Below, piece by piece: positions 41,121 to 50,263 of a stretch of DNA of 64,000 bases (position 1 is its first letter; the number at the start of each line of letters is the position of its first letter). This DNA comes from Candidatus Poribacteria bacterium (lineage in GTDB: Bacteria; Poribacteria; WGA-4E; WGA-3G): NCBI GenBank assembly GCA_965242965.1, contig OZ251518.1, forward strand, positions 5,312,001 to 5,376,000. The letters are read 5' to 3'. Position numbers and translations under genes: made by a program. The notes beneath the pieces are model-generated. The model was not told where the DNA came from, ran no database searches, and saw nothing but the letters and a program-made list of their open reading frames with translations.

Positions 41121-41310
41121 GTAAAGCTGCGGCATGTTGAGGGACAGGCCCTCAACCTACGATTCAATGCGGCAATTTATTCATTGCGTGGTTGAGGGAC
41201 AGGCCCTCAACCTACGATTCGATGCGGCAATGTAAACATGTTAAGCGTGAGTCGTCGTAAAGTTGCGGCATGTTGAGGGACAGGCCCTCAACCTACGATT
41301 TGATGCGGCA
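41121..41310. repeat. Three REP units gttgagggacaggccctcaacctac
   Basis: Copies near 41136, 41191 and 41272 with shared flanks gattcRatgcggca; irregular spacing. Confidence 0.85.
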
Positions 41311-41330
41311 GTTCATTCATGGCTCGTCAA

Positions 41331-41561
41331 TTATTCTTCCTGCGATGCGGCCTTTTCTGCCGCCTCCCTTGCTTCGCGTGCCGCGTAGATGCGCTTCATA
41401 ATGGTATCAATATCGGGCATGGGCTGCTGATGCCGTTCTTCGGTATAGTTGCCCTTGCCGTCTTTGTACTGGAAAATCCGATCCAAATGCTCGCGAAAAC
41501 TCTCCTTTTCCGGAGTTTCCCGTTGTGCCATCTTTCCTTCTCGGAGTTGGTTTTGGTCCAT
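41331..41561 (-). CDS. Stand-alone antitoxin-like small protein (GNYTEER motif)
   Basis: AGGAG RBS before ATG 41561; paralogue of C-terminal 74 aa of 41686-42375; preceded by a remnant of the PIN C-terminus (VANPHTW). Confidence 0.6.
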   Translation of the reverse strand: MDQNQLREGKMAQRETPEKESFREHLDRIFQYKDGKGNYTEERHQQPMPDIDTIMKRIYAAREAREAAEKAASQEE

Positions 41562-41685
41562 TGCGATAATCTCCTGTATCCACGTATGTGGGTTTGCGAC
41601 CTGGACGCGAAGCAAGGAGCAGGCTGGTTGCCGGTGGAGACAGAAGGCTGCGTCTCCTGCAGCCAGCCTGCTCATCGCGATGCGG

Positions 41686-42375
41686 CTATTCTTCCTGCGA
41701 TGCGGCCTTTTCTGCCGCCTCTTTCGCTTCGCGTTCAGCGTAGATCTCCTTCATAATGGTATCAATATCGGGCATGGGCTGCTGCCTCCGTTCTTCGGTG
41801 TAGTCGCCCTTGCCGTCTTTGAAAGCGAAGATTCTATCCAATCGGGCGCGAAATGCGGTTTTTCGCCGTTGGCGTTCCTGTTCGTCTTCTTGGAGTTGAT
41901 TTGGGTCCATTGTGGTAATCCCCTGTAGCCACGTGTGTGGGTTTTCGACCTGGAGGTGCAGCCGCGTCCTCTGCCGTTTCGCGGCGTTAAGCACCTGGTC
42001 ATCGGTTGTTAAAAATACGTCTGCCTCGCCGCTTTCTGCACAGGCAAGGTGCAAGGCATCGTAAGGCTTAAATCCGAACGTTTCCAAATATTTTCCTCTA
42101 GAATTCTCTACAGCACCGCCCGAGACAACCTGATGCGCGTCTTGGAGAATGTCCAAAACATCGTTACGTCGCGTTAAGTCACGAATTTTCTTAACTTCAT
42201 TCACCAAAACGTTGCTGGCGATCCATAGCCAATAGTCGGTCTGAAAATTCTCAAGGATTATCCTGATAGCTTCCGTTTCTTGACGCACCCGCAACTGCAC
42301 CTGTGCATCAAAAAGCCGGCACAAGCAACAAGTGTCAAGGTAGATTTTCAAAATCTGCAAAGAAGTTTGCATCAT
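41686..42375 (-). CDS. PIN-domain toxin fused in frame to antitoxin-like GDYTEER module
   Basis: KIYLDTCCLCRLFD, KPYDALHLACAE, FLTTDD, VENP; continues without stop into MDPNQL...GDYTEERRQ; GGAG RBS. Confidence 0.8.
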   Translation of the reverse strand: MMQTSLQILKIYLDTCCLCRLFDAQVQLRVRQETEAIRIILENFQTDYWLWIASNVLVNEVKKIRDLTRRNDVLDILQDAHQVVSGGAVENSRGKYLETFGFKPYDALHLACAESGEADVFLTTDDQVLNAAKRQRTRLHLQVENPHTWLQGITTMDPNQLQEDEQERQRRKTAFRARLDRIFAFKDGKGDYTEERRQQPMPDIDTIMKEIYAEREAKEAAEKAASQEE

Positions 42376-42435
42376 TTCTCCACGATAAACAGACATTTTT
42401 CGGTGAGTTGGCTGAGTGCCAACCCGACATCAATA

Positions 42436-42465
42436 ATTATATCACATTTCTGGACAAATTGCCAA
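42436..42465 (-). promoter_or_regulatory. sigma70-type promoter of PIN gene
   Basis: Minus strand TTGGCA-18 bp-TATAAT with TG extension. Confidence 0.55.
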
Positions 42466-42480
42466 CCGAAAAAATCTCGC

Positions 42481-45400
42481 TTACGGCGATGTATCCTCCC
42501 ACACTGTGCCCGTGTCAAAATCAGCTGTGGTGATGAGATATACTTCGCGCAAATCGGGGTGCTGGAGCAAGGCATCCTGGTCTGCATCGAAGTTCACGTC
42601 TAATTGCCGCGCGCCTGCTAACCGCGGATCTGCCAAAATTTCTAGCAACTGCGCCGTATCGTCTATCTCATCGGTGACGTTGCGGAAGACTACCAAACGT
42701 TGTCCGCTTTTGACGACGCGGTAGGTTCGCGCGCTATCGGGCATTGCAAGGGGGCATCGAGACCGGGAGGTCTCTCCTACAAGAGAGGTTTCTCCTACTG
42801 CGAGATCGAAGCGCAGGCGGCGTTCAATCGGAAGCCCTTTAAGATAACAGTAAGACTCCACGATGTCCACAACGCCTTCGGTGTTGTCCTTGCCGTAGGT
42901 GATACGGTTGGAAAACGGTGCGCGCAAATCTAGCATCAGCCGAATCTGCTGCTCCTCCGGCCGATAGAGGTATTTAATAGGAACTTGCGATTGGACATCG
43001 CGCTTAGTTAGCTCGGAATTGTTAACTGGATTGCGAAATTTTGAAGGGGGGGTAAGTGTTAAGTTGTTAAGCACGTCTTCATACTGCTCTAACCGTTGAT
43101 ACTTAACGATGCCGACGGTGCCGTCAATTTCCTGTTTAGGATTCGGTTTTCCGTCGCGCCAATTTTCGGAGAACATGGCGCGGCGGATTCGTTCCTTCAG
43201 CGTGCTCTCAAAATAGTCGCCCATCTCAACGAGGATGAATTTGCGGTTGCCGTTGTCTGCCTTGTTGAGGCGGAGCACGGCGTGGCCGGTGGTGCCGCTG
43301 CCGGCGAAGAAGTCAAGCGTTGTCCCCTTTCCATCGGGTGTGACTGCCCAGACGAGTTTTTCGTATAACCCGACAGGATGGGAATAGGGGAAGTTGAGCC
43401 CCAGGGCATCCATTTTATGTTTGCCTCTCTCACCTGACGCGATGACAGAGGATAATTCACTGATAACATGGTCGCGCAAATAAACTTTTCGTTGAGGAAG
43501 TTTTGTTTCGTCCGGCCCGAAAACAATCAGATTGTTCGTTAACATTTCCTGCATTTTTTCGGGTATTCTACTCCAGCCATTCGCTGGAACGGGACACGGT
43601 TTCTGCGTGATTGGATGAATTAACGGAATGTGGAATTTGGGGTTAGCAAGGTGGCCGGGAGCTTCCATGCCGACCTCCGTATAGACGAGTCCTTCGTCGT
43701 CTATTCGCCAATAAGCCTTTTCTCCACCACTCAAATCGCGTTTGTTCCTCACCCAACTTCTAAATTCTTTGCGGCACGCCTCCGTTGGCCCGCGATGCTT
43801 TTTTACCAACGAAGCTGCCTTGTCGAGAATCAATTGGCGATTAAGGGGTTGCTTTTGAAGTTTTATGCTTCCCTTGGACTGACACACAACAAATTCGTGT
43901 TGCGTGGCTATTGTCTTTGTCCCAAAAACAGGATTTCGCTTATCCCACACGATAGTGCCTTGATTCTGCAGCGGAAGTTGATTGGACAACTGAAACAGAT
44001 TTTCATATTCGTTCTCGTCGATGTGGCACAGGAGACAGCTGCTCTCCGATGCCATCAATTGTTCGGCGAGAGATAGGCGATTTTCCATCATCGTTAACCA
44101 GCTCGCGTGCTGATAATCGTTTTTGTATAGAAAACCGCTCGTGTTGGTGTTGTAAGGCGGATCGATGTGAACGCATTTCACTTTACCGCGATATTTCTCC
44201 ATCAGCAATTCCAACGCTTGGAAGTTCTCGCTGTTGAGAAGCACCCCGGTCGTTTCCGCCTCTAAATTGTCAAACAGCGCGAGCACCCGGTCGGCAAAGT
44301 CCGCGTCAAAATGCCGCGTGTCCAGGGGGAGTGTCGGATATAACCCCTCAAGCAGGGGCAGCTGCTCGGTAATGTCAACGCCGAAGGTGTCCCGCCATTC
44401 TGCGAGTTGGGCATCATTTTCGAGAATCTGCGAGATGAGCGTTTCTCGCTGTGCGGTGTCATTTTTCGTCGCCTCGGCAATTTTCCCAAGCGAGATGAGG
44501 TAGTCTGTCGTAAGCACCTTTTTCTTCATCAGAAAGAGGCTTTTTTGGAATGTCTCCACGGTGACAAGCAGTTTGATGACTTCGTCGGTGACGCTTCGGA
44601 ACGCTTTCGCCACGGCGAACGTTGGGTTTTCGGGACTGAGGTTGAGGAGCGTGTCCAGATCGCCCAAGATGCTGTTCTGGATATAACGGCGTTGCTCAGT
44701 GAACAGGAATTCCCCGAGGTCTTTGTGGATAAAGTAGTCCGAATCCATGCCGACGAAGAACCGGTTCAGGTTTTTATCAAACGCGTGAAAGCGGTGGACG
44801 GTGGGACGCGTCTGGAGTGCCTCTTGCCTGATGGTTTTGTTTCTGCCGAGTTCGCCAAAGTCCGGGTGTTCAACGAGTTTTTTGGCATACTCCTCTAGGC
44901 TCATTCGTAAGGCGCGGATGCCTCGGATTTGGCCGCTCTGCACGTTGGTGGAATTGTCTTGCAGTTCCTTAAAAATTGGTTTTCCCGGTTCCGCGCTTTT
45001 CCGCGAGTGCGCGTAGAGATAGACATCTACGTCTTCTGGTTCGCCGAAAATCTGCGCGTTCATCTCGCGATAGAGCTCTGCCTTCGGCGTTGAGGTTTCT
45101 GCGAGGTGCAGGACAACACCCCAAGTCGGCTCAGTATCATCGGGCTGAGGCGGTTCAATTCTACCGAGGCGATAGTGCTTAAAGTCATCGCGGTTGTTAT
45201 TCTGTGCGATGCCGTGAGTCGGCTTCCCTTCCAGCCGGTATTCAATGCGTTTGCCTTCAATTTCAAAGGCGATGCTATTGAAGCCGGTGGCGGTTTTGAC
45301 GTAGTAACTATCGCGGCATTTCCAGTGGAAGAGGATATCGGTGCCGGTGTAATCCGCCTCGTCGGGGTAATCGACTTGATAGAGCGCGGTGCTTCTGTCG

Positions 45401-45861
45401 TTATAGCCGAAGTCCCCGTCGCGGTAATAGCGTTCAAAGAAGTTGTGGATGTGGTTATAGATGCCTGCGGCGAGTATCTCTTTGAGCGCGCCCGGGTCGG
45501 ATTCTAGCGGCGCGCCCAGGTCTTCGCGCTGTTTATAGGCGAGGAAACTGATGAGTTGTTGGCGATTGTCGGCGATATCGTTCAAGTAGCCGTGTTCTCT
45601 TGCGCCGCCTTCTTCCTTAACGAATTGCTTGAGTTCGCCGAGTTGGCTTTCCCAAAGGGTATCCGTGACCTCGGCGAGCGCGTTTTCAACGATGTTTGTC
45701 AATTCGTCGTCAATAAAACGGTTGACTTCGTCGCGCTTGAGTTTGAGGATGCGGAAGATGCCGAAATCCAGTTCATTCTGCGCGAAGTGGAACATCTCGC
45801 GGAGTTTGTCGCGTAGCGTGTTCAGTGCTTCGGTTGTGGGGTTCGGTTGTTGCGTTTGCAT
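42481..45861 (-). CDS. Type III-like RM methyltransferase Mod (large form)
   Basis: LDFGIFRI, FHWKCRDSYYVKT, SENFQAL, HIDPPYNT, DFFAGSGTT, LEQYED. Confidence 0.9.
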   Translation of the reverse strand: MQTQQPNPTTEALNTLRDKLREMFHFAQNELDFGIFRILKLKRDEVNRFIDDELTNIVENALAEVTDTLWESQLGELKQFVKEEGGAREHGYLNDIADNRQQLISFLAYKQREDLGAPLESDPGALKEILAAGIYNHIHNFFERYYRDGDFGYNDRSTALYQVDYPDEADYTGTDILFHWKCRDSYYVKTATGFNSIAFEIEGKRIEYRLEGKPTHGIAQNNNRDDFKHYRLGRIEPPQPDDTEPTWGVVLHLAETSTPKAELYREMNAQIFGEPEDVDVYLYAHSRKSAEPGKPIFKELQDNSTNVQSGQIRGIRALRMSLEEYAKKLVEHPDFGELGRNKTIRQEALQTRPTVHRFHAFDKNLNRFFVGMDSDYFIHKDLGEFLFTEQRRYIQNSILGDLDTLLNLSPENPTFAVAKAFRSVTDEVIKLLVTVETFQKSLFLMKKKVLTTDYLISLGKIAEATKNDTAQRETLISQILENDAQLAEWRDTFGVDITEQLPLLEGLYPTLPLDTRHFDADFADRVLALFDNLEAETTGVLLNSENFQALELLMEKYRGKVKCVHIDPPYNTNTSGFLYKNDYQHASWLTMMENRLSLAEQLMASESSCLLCHIDENEYENLFQLSNQLPLQNQGTIVWDKRNPVFGTKTIATQHEFVVCQSKGSIKLQKQPLNRQLILDKAASLVKKHRGPTEACRKEFRSWVRNKRDLSGGEKAYWRIDDEGLVYTEVGMEAPGHLANPKFHIPLIHPITQKPCPVPANGWSRIPEKMQEMLTNNLIVFGPDETKLPQRKVYLRDHVISELSSVIASGERGKHKMDALGLNFPYSHPVGLYEKLVWAVTPDGKGTTLDFFAGSGTTGHAVLRLNKADNGNRKFILVEMGDYFESTLKERIRRAMFSENWRDGKPNPKQEIDGTVGIVKYQRLEQYEDVLNNLTLTPPSKFRNPVNNSELTKRDVQSQVPIKYLYRPEEQQIRLMLDLRAPFSNRITYGKDNTEGVVDIVESYCYLKGLPIERRLRFDLAVGETSLVGETSRSRCPLAMPDSARTYRVVKSGQRLVVFRNVTDEIDDTAQLLEILADPRLAGARQLDVNFDADQDALLQHPDLREVYLITTADFDTGTVWEDTSP
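42755..42798 (-). repeat. REP (gtaggagagacctcccggtctcga) in frame within mod
   Basis: Encodes VGETSLVGETSRSRC; the full unit is identical to the intergenic REP family. Confidence 0.85.
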
Positions 45862-45931
45862 GTTTAATAGATTAGCAGATATTGCAAAAATTGTCAAGCG
45901 AACGTTTTTCATCCCGCGGCGAGAAAAATAG

Positions 45932-45960
45932 TTGCATCTGTCACAGGATTCTGTTATTAT
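45932..45960 (+). promoter_or_regulatory. sigma70-type promoter
   Basis: TTGCAT-17 bp-TATTAT with TG extension. Confidence 0.55.
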
Positions 45961-46004
45961 ATTCTACAAAAGCGCGTTTCTCGGAGATTTAACCTAAAAT
46001 CCAC

Positions 46005-46832
46005 ATGAATTTGCTGTCTTACGATTGGTGTGCCATCGGCTATTTGGCGATAACAGGCGTGCTTATCCTGATTTTCCATAAAAACGTCTGCCGGTGGTAT
46101 CTCTACCTGCTGTTTCGGGGGTGTGTTATCGCGGGAATTTTATCGCTAACCTTTGTCCAAGGGCCGCTGCCATCCCCATGGCAATTTATTCGGGACTGGT
46201 ATCCGTTGTCAACCATTGCGCTCTTCTATTTTGAGATGGGCAAACTGACACAGATGGTGTTTAACCGCTTTTTTGACGATACCGTCATCCGTTGGGAGAA
46301 ACGGGTTTTCAAAGGGATGCCGAGCATTGCGTTGAGTGACAAGTTTCCGTCGTTGCTACTCTCAGAGTATTTGCACTTTTGCTATTTCAGTTATTACGTC
46401 ATCGCCATTTTTTTAGCGGCGTGGCTCTATTTTCAGGGCAAAGCGGTGCCGTTTCAGGAGACAGTCTTCGCCGAGACGTTGACGTTTAACCTGAGCCTGT
46501 TGTGTTATCCGTTGATACCGGCGGCGGGGCCTCGCTACCATTTCGATAAGATTGCGGGGAAGTTGTCCGCTGGTTTTTTCTTCAGACTGACACACGCGAT
46601 TCTCTCGGCAGGTTCGTCGAAAGGCACTGCGTTTCCGAGTTCGCACGTTTCGTTATCGGTTATTGTGCTGCTGTGCGCACTCCGTTATGACACGACAGCC
46701 TTCCTGATTTTACTTCCGCTTTGCACAGGATTGACACTGGGCACCGTCTACTGCAGGTTTCACTATGCAATAGACGCGCTTGCGGGCGCGGGGTTGGCAC
46801 TCCTGATATTTTTCATCACGCTGGTTGTTTAA
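46005..46832 (+). CDS. PAP2-superfamily membrane phosphatase/phosphotransferase
   Basis: PAAGPRY, AFPSSHV, HYAIDALAG; multi-TM. Confidence 0.85.
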   Translation: MNLLSYDWCAIGYLAITGVLILIFHKNVCRWYLYLLFRGCVIAGILSLTFVQGPLPSPWQFIRDWYPLSTIALFYFEMGKLTQMVFNRFFDDTVIRWEKRVFKGMPSIALSDKFPSLLLSEYLHFCYFSYYVIAIFLAAWLYFQGKAVPFQETVFAETLTFNLSLLCYPLIPAAGPRYHFDKIAGKLSAGFFFRLTHAILSAGSSKGTAFPSSHVSLSVIVLLCALRYDTTAFLILLPLCTGLTLGTVYCRFHYAIDALAGAGLALLIFFITLVV

Positions 46833-46887
46833 ATGGAATTGATTTTCACGTGAAAATGTGATACAATTTAAGGACAAGGAGAAACAG

Positions 46888-48489
46888 ATGAGGAGTTTTG
46901 GTATCCACGGCCGCGTCTATCCCGATGAGCACTATGTCGTTGCCCGCACGGAGGAGCTCGCCGATTTTATCCGCCGAGTTAGAAGGGGTAGATATGTCGT
47001 CCTCTTCGCGCCCCGGCAAACCGGGAAGACGACGTTCTTTCGGTGGGCCCTGGAGGCGTTAGCAGCAGAAGACGAGACTTACTTCCCCATACCGCTCAAT
47101 TTTGAACGGTATGAGGACTGGCCCATCGCCGAATTTTACCGCGACTTTTATGAAAGAATTCGCAAGCAAGTCGGGACTGTTCTCCAGAAACGCGGTATCG
47201 CGCCAACCGAGGCACTCGGACGTTTTTTAGAAAACGGACATCTTGCCGACCGGTTTATGATGGTGGAATTTTTTGAAGAGTTGGGTAGTTTGCTGCCTGG
47301 AAAGCGGGTGATGCTCGTCATTGACGAGTTCGATGGCATCCCGCGCGACGCGGTGCGTGGTTTCCTGCACACACTTCGCGACATCTACCTTTCCGATAGA
47401 GAGTTCCGATGTCCTTTCAGCGTTGGGATTGTCGGGGTTAAGAGTATCACACAACTCAACTATGACAAGACTGTTTCTCCGTTTAATGTGCAAGATGAGT
47501 TTCGCTTGCCGAATTTCACGCTGGCCCAGGTGCAGGAACTCCTCGGGCAATATACGGCGGAAGTCGGGCAAGCATTCGCGCCGGCTGTCATTGAGAATAT
47601 CTACAAGCAAACGGCGGGACAACCGGTGTTGGTGAACCGCCTCGCGCAGCTCCTCACCGAGGAGATGGATATTCCCAAAACCGAGACGATTGGCATGGAG
47701 CACTTCGCCGTGGCGCATCGGCAGTTGCTGCGCGGGCGCAACACGAACATCCAGCATCTCACGGCGAATATCCGCCGCGACCCGAGATTTGAAAGGCGGT
47801 TGATGCAAATCGCGTCGTATGACGAAGCGGTGGACTTCAATCTCGATGATGACATCATCAGTGAACTCGCCACCTACGGTGTGCTCGTGGAGGGTGCTAA
47901 TGGGATGTGTGAGATTGCGAATCCGATTTATCTTTACCGCATCCTGCGCACGTTCCAACCGGCGATGAACGGGGTAGAGAGCGACTATTACCCACAGGAC
48001 ACCGGCACTGGGTATCGCGATTACCTCACGGCGGCCGGGGAGATAGACATGGTGGGGCTGTTGGATAATTTCCGTGACTTCATTGGGCGTGCCGGTTTCC
48101 GTATTCTTCAGGTGCAGGCGAAGCCGCGGGAATATGTCGGGCAGTATCTGCTGTTTGCTTATCTGGACCAGGTTGTGCGGCAGGTGCAGGGTGTCATGCA
48201 TCTGGAGGTGCAAACCGGGCGCGGGCGCATAGATTTGATGATAAATCACCGCAGTCGTAAATACATCGTAGAGACGAAGGTGTGGCAAGGCGAAAAGAGT
48301 TATCGGGCAGGGAAGGAACAACTCGCCGCGTATCTGAAAGTCGAAGGGGCAGTGGCGGGATACTACGTCGTGTTCGATCATCGCGTTGTCCCGGAGCCGC
48401 GTGTGGAGACAGAGACATTGGCGGGTGTGACGATTCGCAGTTATGTCATCCCCGTTGTCTACGAACGCCCATCGGAAAGGAGAAGATAA
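46888..48489 (+). CDS. AAA-like ATPase with C-terminal PD-(D/E)XK nuclease, copy 1
   Basis: APRQTGKTT, VIDEFD, SPFNV, GQP.LVN, GRGRIDL...IVETKVW...QLAAY. Confidence 0.85.
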   Translation: MRSFGIHGRVYPDEHYVVARTEELADFIRRVRRGRYVVLFAPRQTGKTTFFRWALEALAAEDETYFPIPLNFERYEDWPIAEFYRDFYERIRKQVGTVLQKRGIAPTEALGRFLENGHLADRFMMVEFFEELGSLLPGKRVMLVIDEFDGIPRDAVRGFLHTLRDIYLSDREFRCPFSVGIVGVKSITQLNYDKTVSPFNVQDEFRLPNFTLAQVQELLGQYTAEVGQAFAPAVIENIYKQTAGQPVLVNRLAQLLTEEMDIPKTETIGMEHFAVAHRQLLRGRNTNIQHLTANIRRDPRFERRLMQIASYDEAVDFNLDDDIISELATYGVLVEGANGMCEIANPIYLYRILRTFQPAMNGVESDYYPQDTGTGYRDYLTAAGEIDMVGLLDNFRDFIGRAGFRILQVQAKPREYVGQYLLFAYLDQVVRQVQGVMHLEVQTGRGRIDLMINHRSRKYIVETKVWQGEKSYRAGKEQLAAYLKVEGAVAGYYVVFDHRVVPEPRVETETLAGVTIRSYVIPVVYERPSERRR

Positions 48490-48502
48490 AAAGGAGGCAC
48501 CG

Positions 48503-50107
48503 ATGAGAACCTTTGGCATCCACGGCCGTGTCTACCCTGAAAAGCACTATGTCGTTGCGCGCGCCGAGGAGCTCGCCGATTTCATCCGCCGGGTTAAAGA
48601 TGGCAAATACATCGTGCTCTTCGCGCCTCGGCAAACCGGAAAAACGACGTTCTTCCGGTGGGCTTTAGAAGCGTTGGCGGCAAAAGACGAAACTTACTTC
48701 CCGGTGCATCTCAATTTTGAGGATTACAAAAATCTTGTTTCTCCTCCCGAATTTTATGCGGGACTTTACGAAGATCTGCGCATGGAAATTGAGAAGGTTT
48801 TTCAAAAGCGGGGCAGTGTGCCATCTGCGGCGTTAACGCAATTTCTGAATGCTACGCGGTTAACCAACCAGCAGGCAATGCGAAGGTTCTTTTGGCGACT
48901 GGCATCCTTTTTAACCCCGCAGCGGGTGGTGCTCATCATTGATGAGTTTGATGGGATTCCCGCCACTGTCGTGAACGATTTTCTGCATGCACTGCGGGCT
49001 ACCTACCTGTCCGATAATCTGGCGCGATGTCCCTATAGTGTCGGCATCGTCGGTGTAAAGAGTATCACGCAGCTCAACTATGACAAGACTGTTTCTCCGT
49101 TTAATGTGCAAGATGAGTTCCGGTTGCCGAATTTCACGCTGTCACAGGTGCAGGAACTCCTGGGGCAGTATACGGCGGAAGTCGGGCAAGCGTTCGCGCC
49201 GGCCGTCGTTGAGAATATCTACAAGCAAACAGCGGGACAACCGGTGCTAGTAAACCGCCTGGCGCAGCTCCTCACCGAGGAGATGGATATTCCCAAAACC
49301 GAGACGATTGGCATGGAGCACTTCGCCGTGGCGCATCGGCAGTTGCTGCGCGGGCGCAACACAAACATCCAACATCTCACGGCGAATATCCGCCGCGACC
49401 CGAGATTTGAAAGGCGGTTGATGCAAATCGCGTCTTATGATGAAGCGGTAGACTTCAACTTGGATGATGACATCATCAGTGAACTCGCCACCTACGGTGT
49501 CCTCGTGGAGGCCCCCAATGGTATGTGTGAGATAGCGAATCCGATTTATCTTTACCGCATTCTGCGCACGTTCCAGCCGGCGATGAACGGGGTAGAGAGC
49601 GACTACTACCCACAGGACATCGGCACTGGGTATCGCGATTACCTCACGGCGGCGGGGCAGATAGACATGGTGGGGCTGTTGGATAACTTCCGTGACTTCA
49701 TTGGGCGCGCCGGTTTCCGTATTCTTCAAGTGCCGGCGAAGCCGCGGGAATATGTTGGGCAGTATCTGCTGTTTGCTTATCTGGACCAGGTTGTGCGGCA
49801 GGTGCAAGGTGTCATGCATCTGGAGGTGCAGACAGGGCGCGGGCGCATCGATTTGATGATAAATCACCGCAACCGGAAATACATCGTAGAGACGAAGGTG
49901 TGGCAAGGCGAAAAGAGTTATCGCGCAGGGAAGGAACAACTCGCCGCATATCTGAAAGTTGAAGGCGCGGCGGCGGGATACTACGTCGTGTTCGATCATC
50001 GCGTTGTCCCAGAGCCGCGCGTGGAGACGGAAACACTAGAGGGTGTGACGATTCGTAGTTATGTCATCCCTGTTGTCCACGAACGCCCATCGGAAACGGG
50101 AACGTAA
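48503..50107 (+). CDS. AAA-like ATPase with C-terminal PD-(D/E)XK nuclease, copy 2
   Basis: Same motifs; AGGAGG RBS. Confidence 0.85.
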   Translation: MRTFGIHGRVYPEKHYVVARAEELADFIRRVKDGKYIVLFAPRQTGKTTFFRWALEALAAKDETYFPVHLNFEDYKNLVSPPEFYAGLYEDLRMEIEKVFQKRGSVPSAALTQFLNATRLTNQQAMRRFFWRLASFLTPQRVVLIIDEFDGIPATVVNDFLHALRATYLSDNLARCPYSVGIVGVKSITQLNYDKTVSPFNVQDEFRLPNFTLSQVQELLGQYTAEVGQAFAPAVVENIYKQTAGQPVLVNRLAQLLTEEMDIPKTETIGMEHFAVAHRQLLRGRNTNIQHLTANIRRDPRFERRLMQIASYDEAVDFNLDDDIISELATYGVLVEAPNGMCEIANPIYLYRILRTFQPAMNGVESDYYPQDIGTGYRDYLTAAGQIDMVGLLDNFRDFIGRAGFRILQVPAKPREYVGQYLLFAYLDQVVRQVQGVMHLEVQTGRGRIDLMINHRNRKYIVETKVWQGEKSYRAGKEQLAAYLKVEGAAAGYYVVFDHRVVPEPRVETETLEGVTIRSYVIPVVHERPSETGT

Positions 50108-50125
50108 AACGGGCAGTTTTCGGCA

Positions 50126-50236
50126 GATTGCGAGGGACAGGCCCTCGCACTACGGGATCTGATTGCGAGAGATTGCGAGGGACAGGCCCTCGCACTACGG
50201 GATCTGATTGCGAGGGACAATCCCTCGCGCTACGGT
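50126..50236. repeat. Three tandem REP units gattgcgagggacaggccctcgcactacgg
   Basis: Direct repeats near 50127, 50172 and 50207. Confidence 0.85.
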
Positions 50237-50263
50237 ATCCAAGGAGATATCAAGGAACCCATC

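Noticed and set aside
41121-41310. Three palindromic repeats with differing intervening sequence (mini-CRISPR?)
   Set aside because: Spacing is irregular, flanks are shared, and the repeat is a variant of the REP family.
47227-48519. Long antisense ORFs (430 aa here; also 39205-40116, 17589-18281, 21380-22213, 61564-62256)
   Set aside because: Shadow frames opposite well-supported genes in GC-rich DNA, with no recognisable motifs.
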